DNA of 64,000 nt from Alphaproteobacteria bacterium (GTDB taxonomy: Bacteria; Pseudomonadota; Alphaproteobacteria; RF32; CAG-239). Below the pieces are notes generated by a model. That model did no database searches, was not told where the DNA came from, and saw nothing but the letters and a program-made list of their open reading frames with translations. The stretch is from the NCBI GenBank assembly GCA_017935485.1, contig JAGBHO010000021.1:2479-66478 (forward strand). The letters run 5' to 3'. Shown here piece after piece: positions 46,819 through 55,820 of the stretch. Each line of letters begins with the position of its first letter. Within the stretch, counting starts at the first letter, position 1. The translations under genes were made by a program, and so were the position numbers.

Positions 46819-47556
46819 CTACCTCTTTCGGGCGGTAATGCCGCGCGTGATGATACCAATCATTATTCCCAGAATGATATAGCCGGTCAGGCATTCAAGG
46901 GCGACAACAAATCGGGACAGTAATGTCTGAGGAACGATATTACCATAGCCGACGGTTGTTATGGTAATGACGCTGAAGTAGAAAGCGTCTATGACCGCGG
47001 CAAAGCCATCTCCGAAATTAAATGCAGGTTTCCAGCCGAGGTCATTGTGGAGCGTGTTGAGACTTAGGTTTATGACCGAAAAAGAGATAATCAAATTGAT
47101 GAAAAAATTGGCAAATTCGCCGATATCTTTGCGTGTTGCCAATGTATTTTGCCGCAAGAGGGAGGAAAGCTTTCCGGCAAAGCGGCGAATGTTCATTACT
47201 GCCGTGTAAATTATTATCAGGCTGATCAGGTAGGTGGTGAGGGAGGACGCCGTAATATAATAACCCAAAAGTCCGGCGCCGAATGCGATGCAAAACAGTT
47301 TGAGTTTGTCGTGAGGGTGGTAAGAAAAGATATAGTTCCGGCGGGCCAGAAAGCTGTTGAGCGTCAGAATGGCCAATCCGGTGACGGCGGCATTGCCCAG
47401 AGGGACGAACAGTCCGGAGAGCGTTTGATTAGCCGGGCTGCCGTGAAAATATCCGGGCAACGGAAAAACTGACAATAAAAACAGGCTGATGAAAATGCTG
47501 AAGTTGAAATTTTGAATCAGCATTTTAAGAAAATTTGAAGCAGCGTATTTTTTCAT
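46819..47556 (-). CDS. Potassium channel protein
   Basis: Selectivity filter TTVGYGN in a pore loop between TM helices. The ATG overlaps the stop of the upstream antiporter gene (ATGA). Confidence 0.85.
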   Translation of the reverse strand: MKKYAASNFLKMLIQNFNFSIFISLFLLSVFPLPGYFHGSPANQTLSGLFVPLGNAAVTGLAILTLNSFLARRNYIFSYHPHDKLKLFCIAFGAGLLGYYITASSLTTYLISLIIIYTAVMNIRRFAGKLSSLLRQNTLATRKDIGEFANFFINLIISFSVINLSLNTLHNDLGWKPAFNFGDGFAAVIDAFYFSVITITTVGYGNIVPQTLLSRFVVALECLTGYIILGIMIGIITRGITARKR

Positions 47557-48881
47557 TCTTCTTCTTTGGGTTCTTTGTGCAGCAGTTTTCTGAACAGTTT
47601 ACGGAATGATAAACGGGAGAAATTTTCTTCTTTTTCTTCTTCGTCATCATCGTCTTCTTCATTTTCGCTGATATAATCAGGATTTTCCGGATTTAAAGTT
47701 TTTTCCGTGTTCAGGCGGAGCAGGCGGGCCAGCGGCGCAAGGGTTTTGCCCTGAAACAGCACGGAAATGATGACCATAAAGAAAATCAGGTTGAATAAAA
47801 ACTGAGAATTGGGAAAGCCGCGGATGAGCGGATAGGTTGCCAGAATAATCGGTACGGCTCCTTTGAAGCCGGCCCAGCCGATAAATATTTGTTCTTTTAA
47901 GGTGAAGTCGCTGCGCAGCAGGCAGAGCCACACGGCCAGCGGGCGGGCGATAAAAATCAAAAAGATTGTGCAGGCAAAGCTGACAGGCATGACCTGAAAG
48001 AGTTCATTGGGGTTGACTAACAGACCCAGAATCAGAAACATGCTGATCTGCATGATCCAAGCCAGAGAGTCCTGAAAGCGGATGATGTGGCGGCGGTATT
48101 GGTAGCTGGTATTGCCCATAACGATTCCTGACAGATAGACTGCCAAAAATCCGTTGCCGCCGGCAAGCTGGGTCAAACTGTAGCTCAGCAGAACCACGCC
48201 AACGCCGTAAACAGGGTACAGGCCTTTATACGGCAGACTGAATTGTGAAAGAAGGCGGCAGGCGCCGAAGCCGAAACTTAACCCCAAAATAATACCCAAA
48301 GACATTTGCAGGAAGAAACTGCGAAGCAGGCTGAGAAGGTCAAAGTCGGCTTGTGAGATAAAGGCAATGGCGCTCATTGACAGGAACACGGCCATCGGGT
48401 CGTTACTGCCGGATTCAAATTCCAACAGGGCTTTCAGGCGGGGCTGGACGTTTAAATTATGTGACCGCAGAATGGAAAAAACGGCAGGCGCATCGGTTGA
48501 GGATACGATGACGCTGAGCAGCATGGCGATTTCGACGGACAGTCCCAAGATATCATGGCTGAACAAAAAGAGAAAAACGGCAGTCAGCAAAACGCCGGCG
48601 GTAGACAACACGCTGCCGCGTTTGGCAATGCCTTTGACGTTTTGCCAGTTGGTGTCCAAACCGCCGGAAAACAAAATGAAAGCCAGAGCAATAGTACCAA
48701 TGACGTTTGTCAGGCGGGCATTGTGGAATTCTATGCGGCCAACGCCGTCCGAACCGGCAAGCATGCCAAGCCCCAGAAAAATCAAAAGGGCGGGAATGCC
48801 GTATTTATCGGAAATTTTGTTGGCAAAAACGCAAAGCATCAACAGCAGTCCGGCAATTGCCAGCAAAATGTCCAAATTCAT
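47553..48881 (-). CDS. Cation/H+ antiporter (CPA1, NhaP-type)
   Basis: Polytopic, with ...GLGMLAGSDG..., ESGSNDPMAV and an acidic C-terminal tail. ATG at 48881 after AAGGAGAAA. Confidence 0.88.
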   Translation of the reverse strand: MNLDILLAIAGLLLMLCVFANKISDKYGIPALLIFLGLGMLAGSDGVGRIEFHNARLTNVIGTIALAFILFSGGLDTNWQNVKGIAKRGSVLSTAGVLLTAVFLFLFSHDILGLSVEIAMLLSVIVSSTDAPAVFSILRSHNLNVQPRLKALLEFESGSNDPMAVFLSMSAIAFISQADFDLLSLLRSFFLQMSLGIILGLSFGFGACRLLSQFSLPYKGLYPVYGVGVVLLSYSLTQLAGGNGFLAVYLSGIVMGNTSYQYRRHIIRFQDSLAWIMQISMFLILGLLVNPNELFQVMPVSFACTIFLIFIARPLAVWLCLLRSDFTLKEQIFIGWAGFKGAVPIILATYPLIRGFPNSQFLFNLIFFMVIISVLFQGKTLAPLARLLRLNTEKTLNPENPDYISENEEDDDDEEEKEENFSRLSFRKLFRKLLHKEPKEEE

Positions 48882-49006
48882 GTTTTTTCTCCTTAAGCCG
48901 ATTGTCTGAAATGTAACATTTAATCCTTTATATTTGGTAAAGCTTGAAAAGCCGTTTACGGATTTTATATAAGCCGGAGTGAGACAATTTTTCAGAGGGA
49001 AAAGCG

Positions 49007-49717
49007 ATGGAAAATACAGAACATGCAAAGATGCCTCTTATCGGGGACGAAGCGCCGTCTTTTACGGCGGCAACAACAAAGGGCGAAATCAATTTTCCGG
49101 ATGATTACAGCGGAAAATGGGTGATTTTGTTTTCTCATCCGGCTGATTTTACGCCGGTTTGTACCAGCGAGCTGATGTCTTTTGCGGCAATGGCCGATGA
49201 ATTTGAGGCTTTAAATGCCAAGCTTGTCGGGGTTTCGGTTGACAGTATCAGTTCTCATCTGGCGTGGCTGAAGACCATGGAAGACAAGATTGAGTTTAAC
49301 GGCATTAAATCGCCGAAGATGGATTTTCCGGTCGTTGCCGACGTCAGTATGGATGTGGCTAAACGATACGGCATGATTCAGCCGGGAGCCAGCGATACCA
49401 AAACCGTCCGTTCGGTCTTTTTTATTGATCCGCAGGGAAAAATTCGGGCGATTATTTATTATCCTTTGTCAAACGGGCGGAATTTTCAGGAGATTAAACG
49501 GATTTTGACGGCAATGCAGGTCAGCGACGCTTTTGGCGTAGCAACGCCTGCGGATTGGCAGCCCGGAGACAAGGTCGTGTTGTCGGCACCGTCCAATATG
49601 GAAGACCTGAAACATCGCAACGAGGAACTGCCGGAAGGTGCCGTTTGCGAAGACTGGTTTTTTTGTTTGCAGGATTTGGATGATAAAAAGATAGAAAAGA
49701 AAATTTACGGCAGATGA
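49007..49717 (+). CDS. Peroxiredoxin (AhpC/TSA family, Prx6-like)
   Basis: WVILFSHPADFTPVCTSE active-site motif. Confidence 0.92.
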   Translation: MENTEHAKMPLIGDEAPSFTAATTKGEINFPDDYSGKWVILFSHPADFTPVCTSELMSFAAMADEFEALNAKLVGVSVDSISSHLAWLKTMEDKIEFNGIKSPKMDFPVVADVSMDVAKRYGMIQPGASDTKTVRSVFFIDPQGKIRAIIYYPLSNGRNFQEIKRILTAMQVSDAFGVATPADWQPGDKVVLSAPSNMEDLKHRNEELPEGAVCEDWFFCLQDLDDKKIEKKIYGR

Positions 49718-49719
49718 TT

Positions 49720-50973
49720 TCAGTGCACGTTGACCAGTGACTGCCATGAAGTGGTGTATGCCGGGGAATGAAAATTGCTGCGGACAAATTTTTGCGGCGC
49801 CAATGCCTGAGCGGCAAAGAAAACCGTACGGGCACCGAGTTTGGCGTTTAGTTTGTCGAGTGTCTGCATGAGTTTTTGCTCTTCCGGCGGCAGGGCGGAT
49901 TTTTCAAACAAAGAAGTTTGGAGGGCATCGGCGCTTTCTATTGCCAGCAAGGTTATGCCAGCGGATTTATAGGTTTCCTGCGGCGAGAATATTTGCTTCA
50001 GCCCGTATTTCATGGCGGCAATAAAACGGCCGGTGTGGACGCAGGGACCGCCGAGCGAGACAAGGTATGAGCCGCCGCTGCTTCCGTTTTGATTCCTGAA
50101 GCGGTTTGTTTTCAGAAAAACGGCAATTTCTCCGGCGGCGGCATTTTGGGCGCGCAGCCGGCGGCAGGCGGTATCGGTGAAGCCGGCAATAATGGCTTCG
50201 AGCTGTTCAAAATTTGAGATTTCGTGTTCAAAGCTGCGGGAGACGGTTATGCTTTGCGCCGTTTCTTCCCGTTCAATGTCCAAACAGGGGCGGCCGTTCA
50301 GTTCCATGACGGTTTTTTCCAGCGGAATGCCAAAGTTCCGGCGAATCATTTTCAGCGGTGAATTTTGGAGTTCAAGCGCGGTGAATATGCCCAGAAAGTT
50401 GAGTTTCGGCGTCAGCCGGCGGCCGATGCCCCAGATGTTTTCGACCTCAAAATTTTTCAGCGTTTGGCGGATCCTTTGCGGGTCGGTCAAAATTTCCACT
50501 TTGTCAAAGGCTTTGCTTTTGGCCAGAGAAGACGCGACTTTGCACAGGGTTTTGGTCGGAGCGATGCCGATGGAAACCGGAATGCCGACTTCTTTTAGAA
50601 TTTGGTGCCGGATGCAGACCGCCAGCTGGAAATGATCTATACCGGTGTCGGGAAGGCGGGCAAAGGCTTCATCGACGGAATAAACCTGTATGGCGCCGCA
50701 GTTTTGGCGAATCAGGCTCATAACGCGGCGGGAGATGTCCGAATAAAGCTCGAAATTTGAAGACAGCGCGACACCGCCGGCGCCCCGGAGCATTTTTTCG
50801 ATTTTGAAATAAGGCGCTCCCATGGCTATCGGCAGGGCTTTGGCCTCGTAAGAGCGCGAAACGACACAGCCGTCGTTGCTGGACAGGACAACTACCGGAC
50901 GTTTTTTCAAATCCGGACGGAATATCCGTTCGCAGGAAACAAAAAAATTGTCGCAGTCAAACAGGAAAAACAT
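49720..50973 (-). CDS. umuC: Y-family translesion DNA polymerase (UmuC-like)
   Basis: MFFLFDCDNFFVSCERIF...VVLSSNDG...SVDEAF motifs. Directly downstream of umuD. Confidence 0.9.
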   Translation of the reverse strand: MFFLFDCDNFFVSCERIFRPDLKKRPVVVLSSNDGCVVSRSYEAKALPIAMGAPYFKIEKMLRGAGGVALSSNFELYSDISRRVMSLIRQNCGAIQVYSVDEAFARLPDTGIDHFQLAVCIRHQILKEVGIPVSIGIAPTKTLCKVASSLAKSKAFDKVEILTDPQRIRQTLKNFEVENIWGIGRRLTPKLNFLGIFTALELQNSPLKMIRRNFGIPLEKTVMELNGRPCLDIEREETAQSITVSRSFEHEISNFEQLEAIIAGFTDTACRRLRAQNAAAGEIAVFLKTNRFRNQNGSSGGSYLVSLGGPCVHTGRFIAAMKYGLKQIFSPQETYKSAGITLLAIESADALQTSLFEKSALPPEEQKLMQTLDKLNAKLGARTVFFAAQALAPQKFVRSNFHSPAYTTSWQSLVNVH

Positions 50974-50974
50974 A

Positions 50975-51349
50975 TCAATACTTTCTGAAACTTGCGATTA
51001 TGACACCCCAGACCGAAAAGTTGTCGCGGGCGGAAACCATGCGGGCAGTGCCGTTGCCGTCGGAGCACAATAAGCTTGTCCGGCCTGAAGACAGCTGCAG
51101 GCGGCGGGCAAGCAATTCTCCGTTAAGTTCAGCCACGACCAAGCTGCCTGATACCGGTTGCAGGGTGCGGTCAACAATCAGCGTATCGCCGCGGAGAATG
51201 CCGTCCTGTCTGAGAGAATCGCCATCCAGGCGCAGAAAATAGGTAGCCGCGGGATGAGGAACCAAATGGCGGTTCAGATCCAGCGGGGAGGAATAATCAT
51301 TTTCTGAAAAATCAAAAGCGTCAGCATGTGAGGAATGAAAAGCAGGCAT
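50975..51349 (-). CDS. umuD: LexA-like S24 peptidase UmuD
   Basis: ...ATYFLRLDGDSL...GDTLIVDR...NGELLARRL... S24 fold pattern. ATG at 51349. Confidence 0.85.
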   Translation of the reverse strand: MPAFHSSHADAFDFSENDYSSPLDLNRHLVPHPAATYFLRLDGDSLRQDGILRGDTLIVDRTLQPVSGSLVVAELNGELLARRLQLSSGRTSLLCSDGNGTARMVSARDNFSVWGVIIASFRKY

Positions 51350-51366
51350 GGCATTCTCGTTATTGT

Positions 51367-51381
51367 GTTCTTGTTTTGTTC
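51367..51381 (-). promoter_or_regulatory. Alphaproteobacterial-type SOS (LexA) box GTTC-N7-GTTC
   Basis: GTTCTTGTTTTGTTC on the plus strand (GAAC-N7-GAAC on the coding strand), 18 nt upstream of the umuD ATG. Confidence 0.75.
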
Positions 51382-51472
51382 TTATAATAATTACGGATAA
51401 ATTTAAATGCAATAGAAATTTTGATTAAGCTGTAATAAAATCCGGTTAAAAGATTTTTAGCAAGGAGGAAAA

Positions 51473-52468
51473 ATGAAAAAGATTGTACCGCAGGTGTTGA
51501 AAGCAGGGGATGAAGTCCGGATTGTGGCGCCGGCCAGAGGACTGAGGCTGATTGGCCGGGACAGCCGCGAGATTGCCAAAGCACGGTTTGAAGAAATGGG
51601 GCTGAAGGTGACTTTCGGCAGGAACACCACGGATGAAAACTGGGATATGTTCGGTTCCACAGACGTTGAAAAACGGGCGGAGGATTTGAACGAGGCTTTC
51701 GGGGACAAAAACGTGAAAGCCGTATTTACGGTGATTGGCGGAAGCAATTCGAATCAGCTGCTGCCGTATCTGGATTATGAGCTTATTCGGCAAAATCCAA
51801 AAATTTTCTGCGGCTTTTCCGACATTACGGCGTTGTTGAACGGCATTTATGCCAAGACGGGACTGGTGACCTTTTCCGGTCCGCATTTCAGCTCGCTGGG
51901 AATGAAAAAGGGGGCGGAATATACGCTGGAAAACTTGAAAAAAATGATTTTGGGCGATCAGGAAAACGAGATTAAGCCGTCAGATGCCTGGAGTGACGAT
52001 TTGTGGTTTATCAATCAGGAGGACCGTACCTTTATTAAGAACGAGGGCTGGCAGGTGATTAATGCCGGAAAGGCCGAAGGAACGATCGTCGGCGGCAATC
52101 TCGGAACTTTTGATTTGCTGCTCGGGTCTTCTTACCGGCCGGCATTTGAGAAAAACACCGTTTTGTTTGTTGAAGAGTGTTTTACCAGCGAAGCGACGGA
52201 TGCCGGAAGTTTTGAGAGAAATTTGCAGGCGCTGATTTACCAGCCTGATTTTGAAAATGTGAGCGGAATTGTCATCGGGCGTTTTCAAAAGGCTTCCAAT
52301 GTGACAAAAGAAAAGCTCGAATATATTATTAAAAGCAAAAAAGCGCTGGACCGGATGCCGGTTATTGCCAATGTTGATTTTGGGCATACGACGCCGCTTT
52401 TGACATTGCCGATCGGCGGGGAATGCAGTCTGGATGCGGAGTCCGGGCTATTGACGGTAAAAGCTTGA
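51473..52468 (+). CDS. ldcA: LD-carboxypeptidase (peptidase S66, LdcA/MccF-like)
   Basis: ...FCGFSDITALL... (nucleophile Ser) and ...NVDFGHTTP... (catalytic His). SD AAGGAGG. Confidence 0.88.
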   Translation: MKKIVPQVLKAGDEVRIVAPARGLRLIGRDSREIAKARFEEMGLKVTFGRNTTDENWDMFGSTDVEKRAEDLNEAFGDKNVKAVFTVIGGSNSNQLLPYLDYELIRQNPKIFCGFSDITALLNGIYAKTGLVTFSGPHFSSLGMKKGAEYTLENLKKMILGDQENEIKPSDAWSDDLWFINQEDRTFIKNEGWQVINAGKAEGTIVGGNLGTFDLLLGSSYRPAFEKNTVLFVEECFTSEATDAGSFERNLQALIYQPDFENVSGIVIGRFQKASNVTKEKLEYIIKSKKALDRMPVIANVDFGHTTPLLTLPIGGECSLDAESGLLTVKA

Positions 52469-52474
52469 AGCAAA

Positions 52475-52508
52475 GATCCCCGAGCGTGAGGTTCGGGGAT
52501 CTTTTTTT
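52475..52508 (+). terminator. Rho-independent terminator after ldcA
   Basis: Stem GATCCCCGA / TCGGGGATC followed by T7. Confidence 0.9.
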
Positions 52509-52656
52509 GTGAAAAAACGCCGATTCGATTTCTAAAAGCCGCGGAAAACCATATAAAATAAAAGATATTTTAACTAAATCCGGTTATAATTTTATTTAAT
52601 CAGAAAAATTTTTGACCGAAAACGTATTTTTTTAGATTAATTTGACAAAAAAGTTG

Positions 52657-52685
52657 TTGAAATATTCTGAAAAATGCGTTATTAT
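52657..52685 (+). promoter_or_regulatory. Sigma70-like promoter TTGAAA-17-TATTAT
   Basis: Embedded in TTGACAAAAAAGTTGTTGAAA. A near-identical motif precedes the paralog at 55743. Confidence 0.5.
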
Positions 52686-52719
52686 CGCGTCAAATAGAAT
52701 TTTGTTAGGAGTTTTTAAG

Positions 52720-55593
52720 ATGGCTATTGATGCTCAAAATGCAATTCGGGCGATTAATGATGGAAAATATGAAGTGTTTTCCAATGACGATTTGATTAAT
52801 TTGGCCAAAATTTTGCCGGCTGCCGGAAAAGAAGGCGCTGAAGCTTTTGCCAAATTGAAGGATTTTGTCGGAACAAATTTGATGGCGCCGTTTGCCGAAG
52901 GTATTTATCAACTCAATCCCAAAGACATGGATGTTTTTGAGGAACTGGTTAAAATTTACGGCAAGGGCGCGGACGGCAAGGTTATTAAAGGCATGACCAG
53001 CGGCAAAACCGTGCAGGAGGCTTTTGATGTTTATAAAAAGCTTAATGACGTTAACGTTGATGCCAAGACGATTGAAAATAATGCCGCCAAGCTTGAGGCG
53101 TTTGAGCAAAAGCATGATATTGCGGACAGCAAATTTGAGTCAAACGGCCGGAAGCTTCTTGACAGAATGGATATTGACAAAGATACAAAGGCAGACGTTT
53201 TGGAAGCCGTCAGACTGAATGCTTATACGGACAGTTTGGTTGACGGAAAACTTGACGAGGCCAAATATGTCGAGAATTTGAAGAGCAATATCGAGCTGGC
53301 CGTTTACAGCATGCTGACCGGTACTGCCATTTCAAAAGCCGGTGCGGAAGCCAACAAGTCTTTGGACATGTCCATTAAGGCGACTTTGGAACAGGCTGTT
53401 GCTGTTACGGATAAAGAAAACAGCATGCTTAAAGTTAACGGCGATGCCGTTATGGGTTATCTGGCGACAACGCTGGACCGAACAGAAAGTATTAAAGACC
53501 GCATTAAGAATAAGCTTGGCAATATTCCGGTATTGGCCAAACTGAACAAGAAAATTTCGCAGTTGGATGATAAATTCTCCAAAAAATACGGCAAGCGTTA
53601 TGAGGTTGCCAAGACGGCGGTTAAGGTTGTTTCCAATATCGGCGCAGGTGGTCTGATGTTGTGCGCTGCAGGTGGTTTGGGTCCGGTCGGTCTGGCGGCA
53701 TACGGTGTTTATGCTTCTTATAACGGTATGAAACCGATGGTTCAGTCTTGGAAAAACAGCCGGAAAGAGTATAAGTCATTCGGCGCTTTTCTGAAAGATA
53801 ACAAGCTGAATGCCCTGACCGCAGTTTCCGGCGTTCTGGCGTTGGGTGTGGCCGGTTATAATGCCGGAAATGCCGCTTTGCAGGTTGCCGGAGGACAATT
53901 GAATTCGGCAACGGTAAGTCCTCTGCTCGGATATGCCAGCAAAACGCGCGCAACGCTTGCTTATGGTACGGTTGCCCTGAAAAATGCCGTTGATATCAAA
54001 GATGCATACAATAAGGGTGAAGGCACAGGGAAAGCTTGGGCAAAAGCCGGGTTGACGGCGCTGGCGTTTGTTGTGAACTATCATCTGGCCGGTGCATTCC
54101 AAGCAGATTCTAATGTTTCCGAGAAAAGCGGTCTGACTTTGCCGGACGGCAGAGATTTGAATGAGGCAAAAGTCGATTCTGCCGCTCAAAACAGCGTGGC
54201 TGAGGATTCCACACAAGTTTCCGACGGTGCGGATACAACGACAACAGCCGGTACGGAACAAGATCCGTGCGAGGAGATTGAAAATGCTTTGCATGGCAGT
54301 CAGCAGCAGAGTGCAGAACAGAATGTCGATGACGGCGACTGCAACGGCAAGATTGAGGCTCAGGCCAGAGACCATACCCTGCATACAGAGTTTTGGGACA
54401 ACCGTAACCGTCACTTCCTCGGTGATGATTTGACCAATGCTTTGTACGGCCTGTTTGAAGGCGACAAGCCGGTTTTGAATTTGAATGATTTTGAAGGCAT
54501 TGATAACAAAGAAGAATTTGTTTATAAATATGCCATTATGAAGGCTAATAACATTCCCGAGCAGCAGATTTTGGTCGATATGATTGAGAAAGCCTGCGGC
54601 GGCCAGTTGACGCAGAATGATTATATTGATATTGCCCGCGGCATGAACTCGTATGACAATCACGGTAATCCGCTGTGCTGGGAAAATACGCAGAATACCG
54701 GCGGTACCAGACTGGCTGACGATTTTGTCCGCTGCGATCCGGAACCGACCAAGCCGGAACCGGCTGATGTTGTTCCCGTAACTCCGGTTAATCCGGAGCC
54801 TGTTGAACCTGAGCCGACAGAGCCCGTTCAACCCGTTGAACCCGTACAGGAGGCAGAACCTGCCAAGATTTACAAGGGTAAGATTGTTGAACATGTTACG
54901 CTTGACAATGTTCCGCAGGATAAGATTAAAGGTTATGATTATGACTTTTATGATGCGCCTATTCCCGAGAAAGAAGCCGCACAGGGTTATGATTATGACG
55001 TTGACGGCAACAAAGGCGAGCCCGCTCCGACACTTGAGGCCGATGCCGTAGCCGGAAAAATTGCGATGGCGAACGGCGGCAAGGTTGAATATACCTTTTA
55101 TAACGGTGCAGCACAAATTCAGTATGAAATGCCGGAAGACAAATATGCCGATGAAGTGGCTGCCCATTTGGAAGGTTTTACCGACAAGCCGGAAACAATG
55201 TCCCGCCGTTATGCGGCTTACAGCGAGGTTTATTATGACCTGCACAGCCGTCTGGCCGAAGGCGAAACCATTAAAGGCGCCGAGGAATGGATGGATTGGA
55301 TGGATAAGCACTTGGCCAAACGCGGTTTGTTTATTGATGACAAAGGTTATATTGCCATTAATCAGAATGTTGACCGTGAGCTGTTGCTGGAAGCTTATCG
55401 TAAAGATCCGGACGGTCTGATGACGGACAAAGAAATGCGTCAGCTTGAAAAAGAGACCGAAAAAGCCGAGAAACAGGCTGCCAAGGAAGCTGCCAAAGCG
55501 GAAAAAGAAGCCGCCAAAGAAGCAGCAAAGGCTGAGAAAGAAGCTGCAAAAATGGCTAAAATGAAAGCTAAAAGCAACAGTTGGGATTATTAA
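52720..55593 (+). CDS. Giant hypothetical membrane protein A (957 aa), paralog of the next gene
   Basis: ATG at 52720 after AGGAG. No signal peptide. Gly/Ala-rich hydrophobic core at about 53620-54100. P/E/V-rich linker at about 54738-54860. C-terminal KEAAKAE repeats. Confidence 0.85.
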   Translation: MAIDAQNAIRAINDGKYEVFSNDDLINLAKILPAAGKEGAEAFAKLKDFVGTNLMAPFAEGIYQLNPKDMDVFEELVKIYGKGADGKVIKGMTSGKTVQEAFDVYKKLNDVNVDAKTIENNAAKLEAFEQKHDIADSKFESNGRKLLDRMDIDKDTKADVLEAVRLNAYTDSLVDGKLDEAKYVENLKSNIELAVYSMLTGTAISKAGAEANKSLDMSIKATLEQAVAVTDKENSMLKVNGDAVMGYLATTLDRTESIKDRIKNKLGNIPVLAKLNKKISQLDDKFSKKYGKRYEVAKTAVKVVSNIGAGGLMLCAAGGLGPVGLAAYGVYASYNGMKPMVQSWKNSRKEYKSFGAFLKDNKLNALTAVSGVLALGVAGYNAGNAALQVAGGQLNSATVSPLLGYASKTRATLAYGTVALKNAVDIKDAYNKGEGTGKAWAKAGLTALAFVVNYHLAGAFQADSNVSEKSGLTLPDGRDLNEAKVDSAAQNSVAEDSTQVSDGADTTTTAGTEQDPCEEIENALHGSQQQSAEQNVDDGDCNGKIEAQARDHTLHTEFWDNRNRHFLGDDLTNALYGLFEGDKPVLNLNDFEGIDNKEEFVYKYAIMKANNIPEQQILVDMIEKACGGQLTQNDYIDIARGMNSYDNHGNPLCWENTQNTGGTRLADDFVRCDPEPTKPEPADVVPVTPVNPEPVEPEPTEPVQPVEPVQEAEPAKIYKGKIVEHVTLDNVPQDKIKGYDYDFYDAPIPEKEAAQGYDYDVDGNKGEPAPTLEADAVAGKIAMANGGKVEYTFYNGAAQIQYEMPEDKYADEVAAHLEGFTDKPETMSRRYAAYSEVYYDLHSRLAEGETIKGAEEWMDWMDKHLAKRGLFIDDKGYIAINQNVDRELLLEAYRKDPDGLMTDKEMRQLEKETEKAEKQAAKEAAKAEKEAAKEAAKAEKEAAKMAKMKAKSNSWDY

Positions 55594-55620
55594 TCTTCTT
55601 AAAAAAACTCCTGACAAAAG

Positions 55621-55660
55621 AGAAAGAGCTGCAGAGAAATCTGCGGCTCTTTTTCTTTTG
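55621..55660 (+). terminator. Rho-independent terminator between the paralogs
   Basis: Stem AAGAGCTGCAG / CTGCGGCTCTT (one G-U pair) followed by a T run. Confidence 0.75.
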
Positions 55661-55755
55661 GCATCAGGCTCTTAATGAATAATTTAAGTTTTATCGCTAT
55701 GATTGAGATAAATGTTACATTACTGTTAATATCGTCTTTTTGTTGACAAAAATTG

Positions 55756-55784
55756 TTGTACAAAATAAATAATTTTGGTACAAT
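55756..55784 (+). promoter_or_regulatory. Promoter TTGTAC-17-TACAAT with an extended -10 TG
   Basis: TGgTACAAT at 55776-55784. The upstream TTGACAAAAATTGTTG motif is shared with the gene A promoter region. Confidence 0.55.
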
Positions 55785-55820
55785 AAAGTATGTTGAATTA
55801 AATATTCCGGAGTAAGAACC

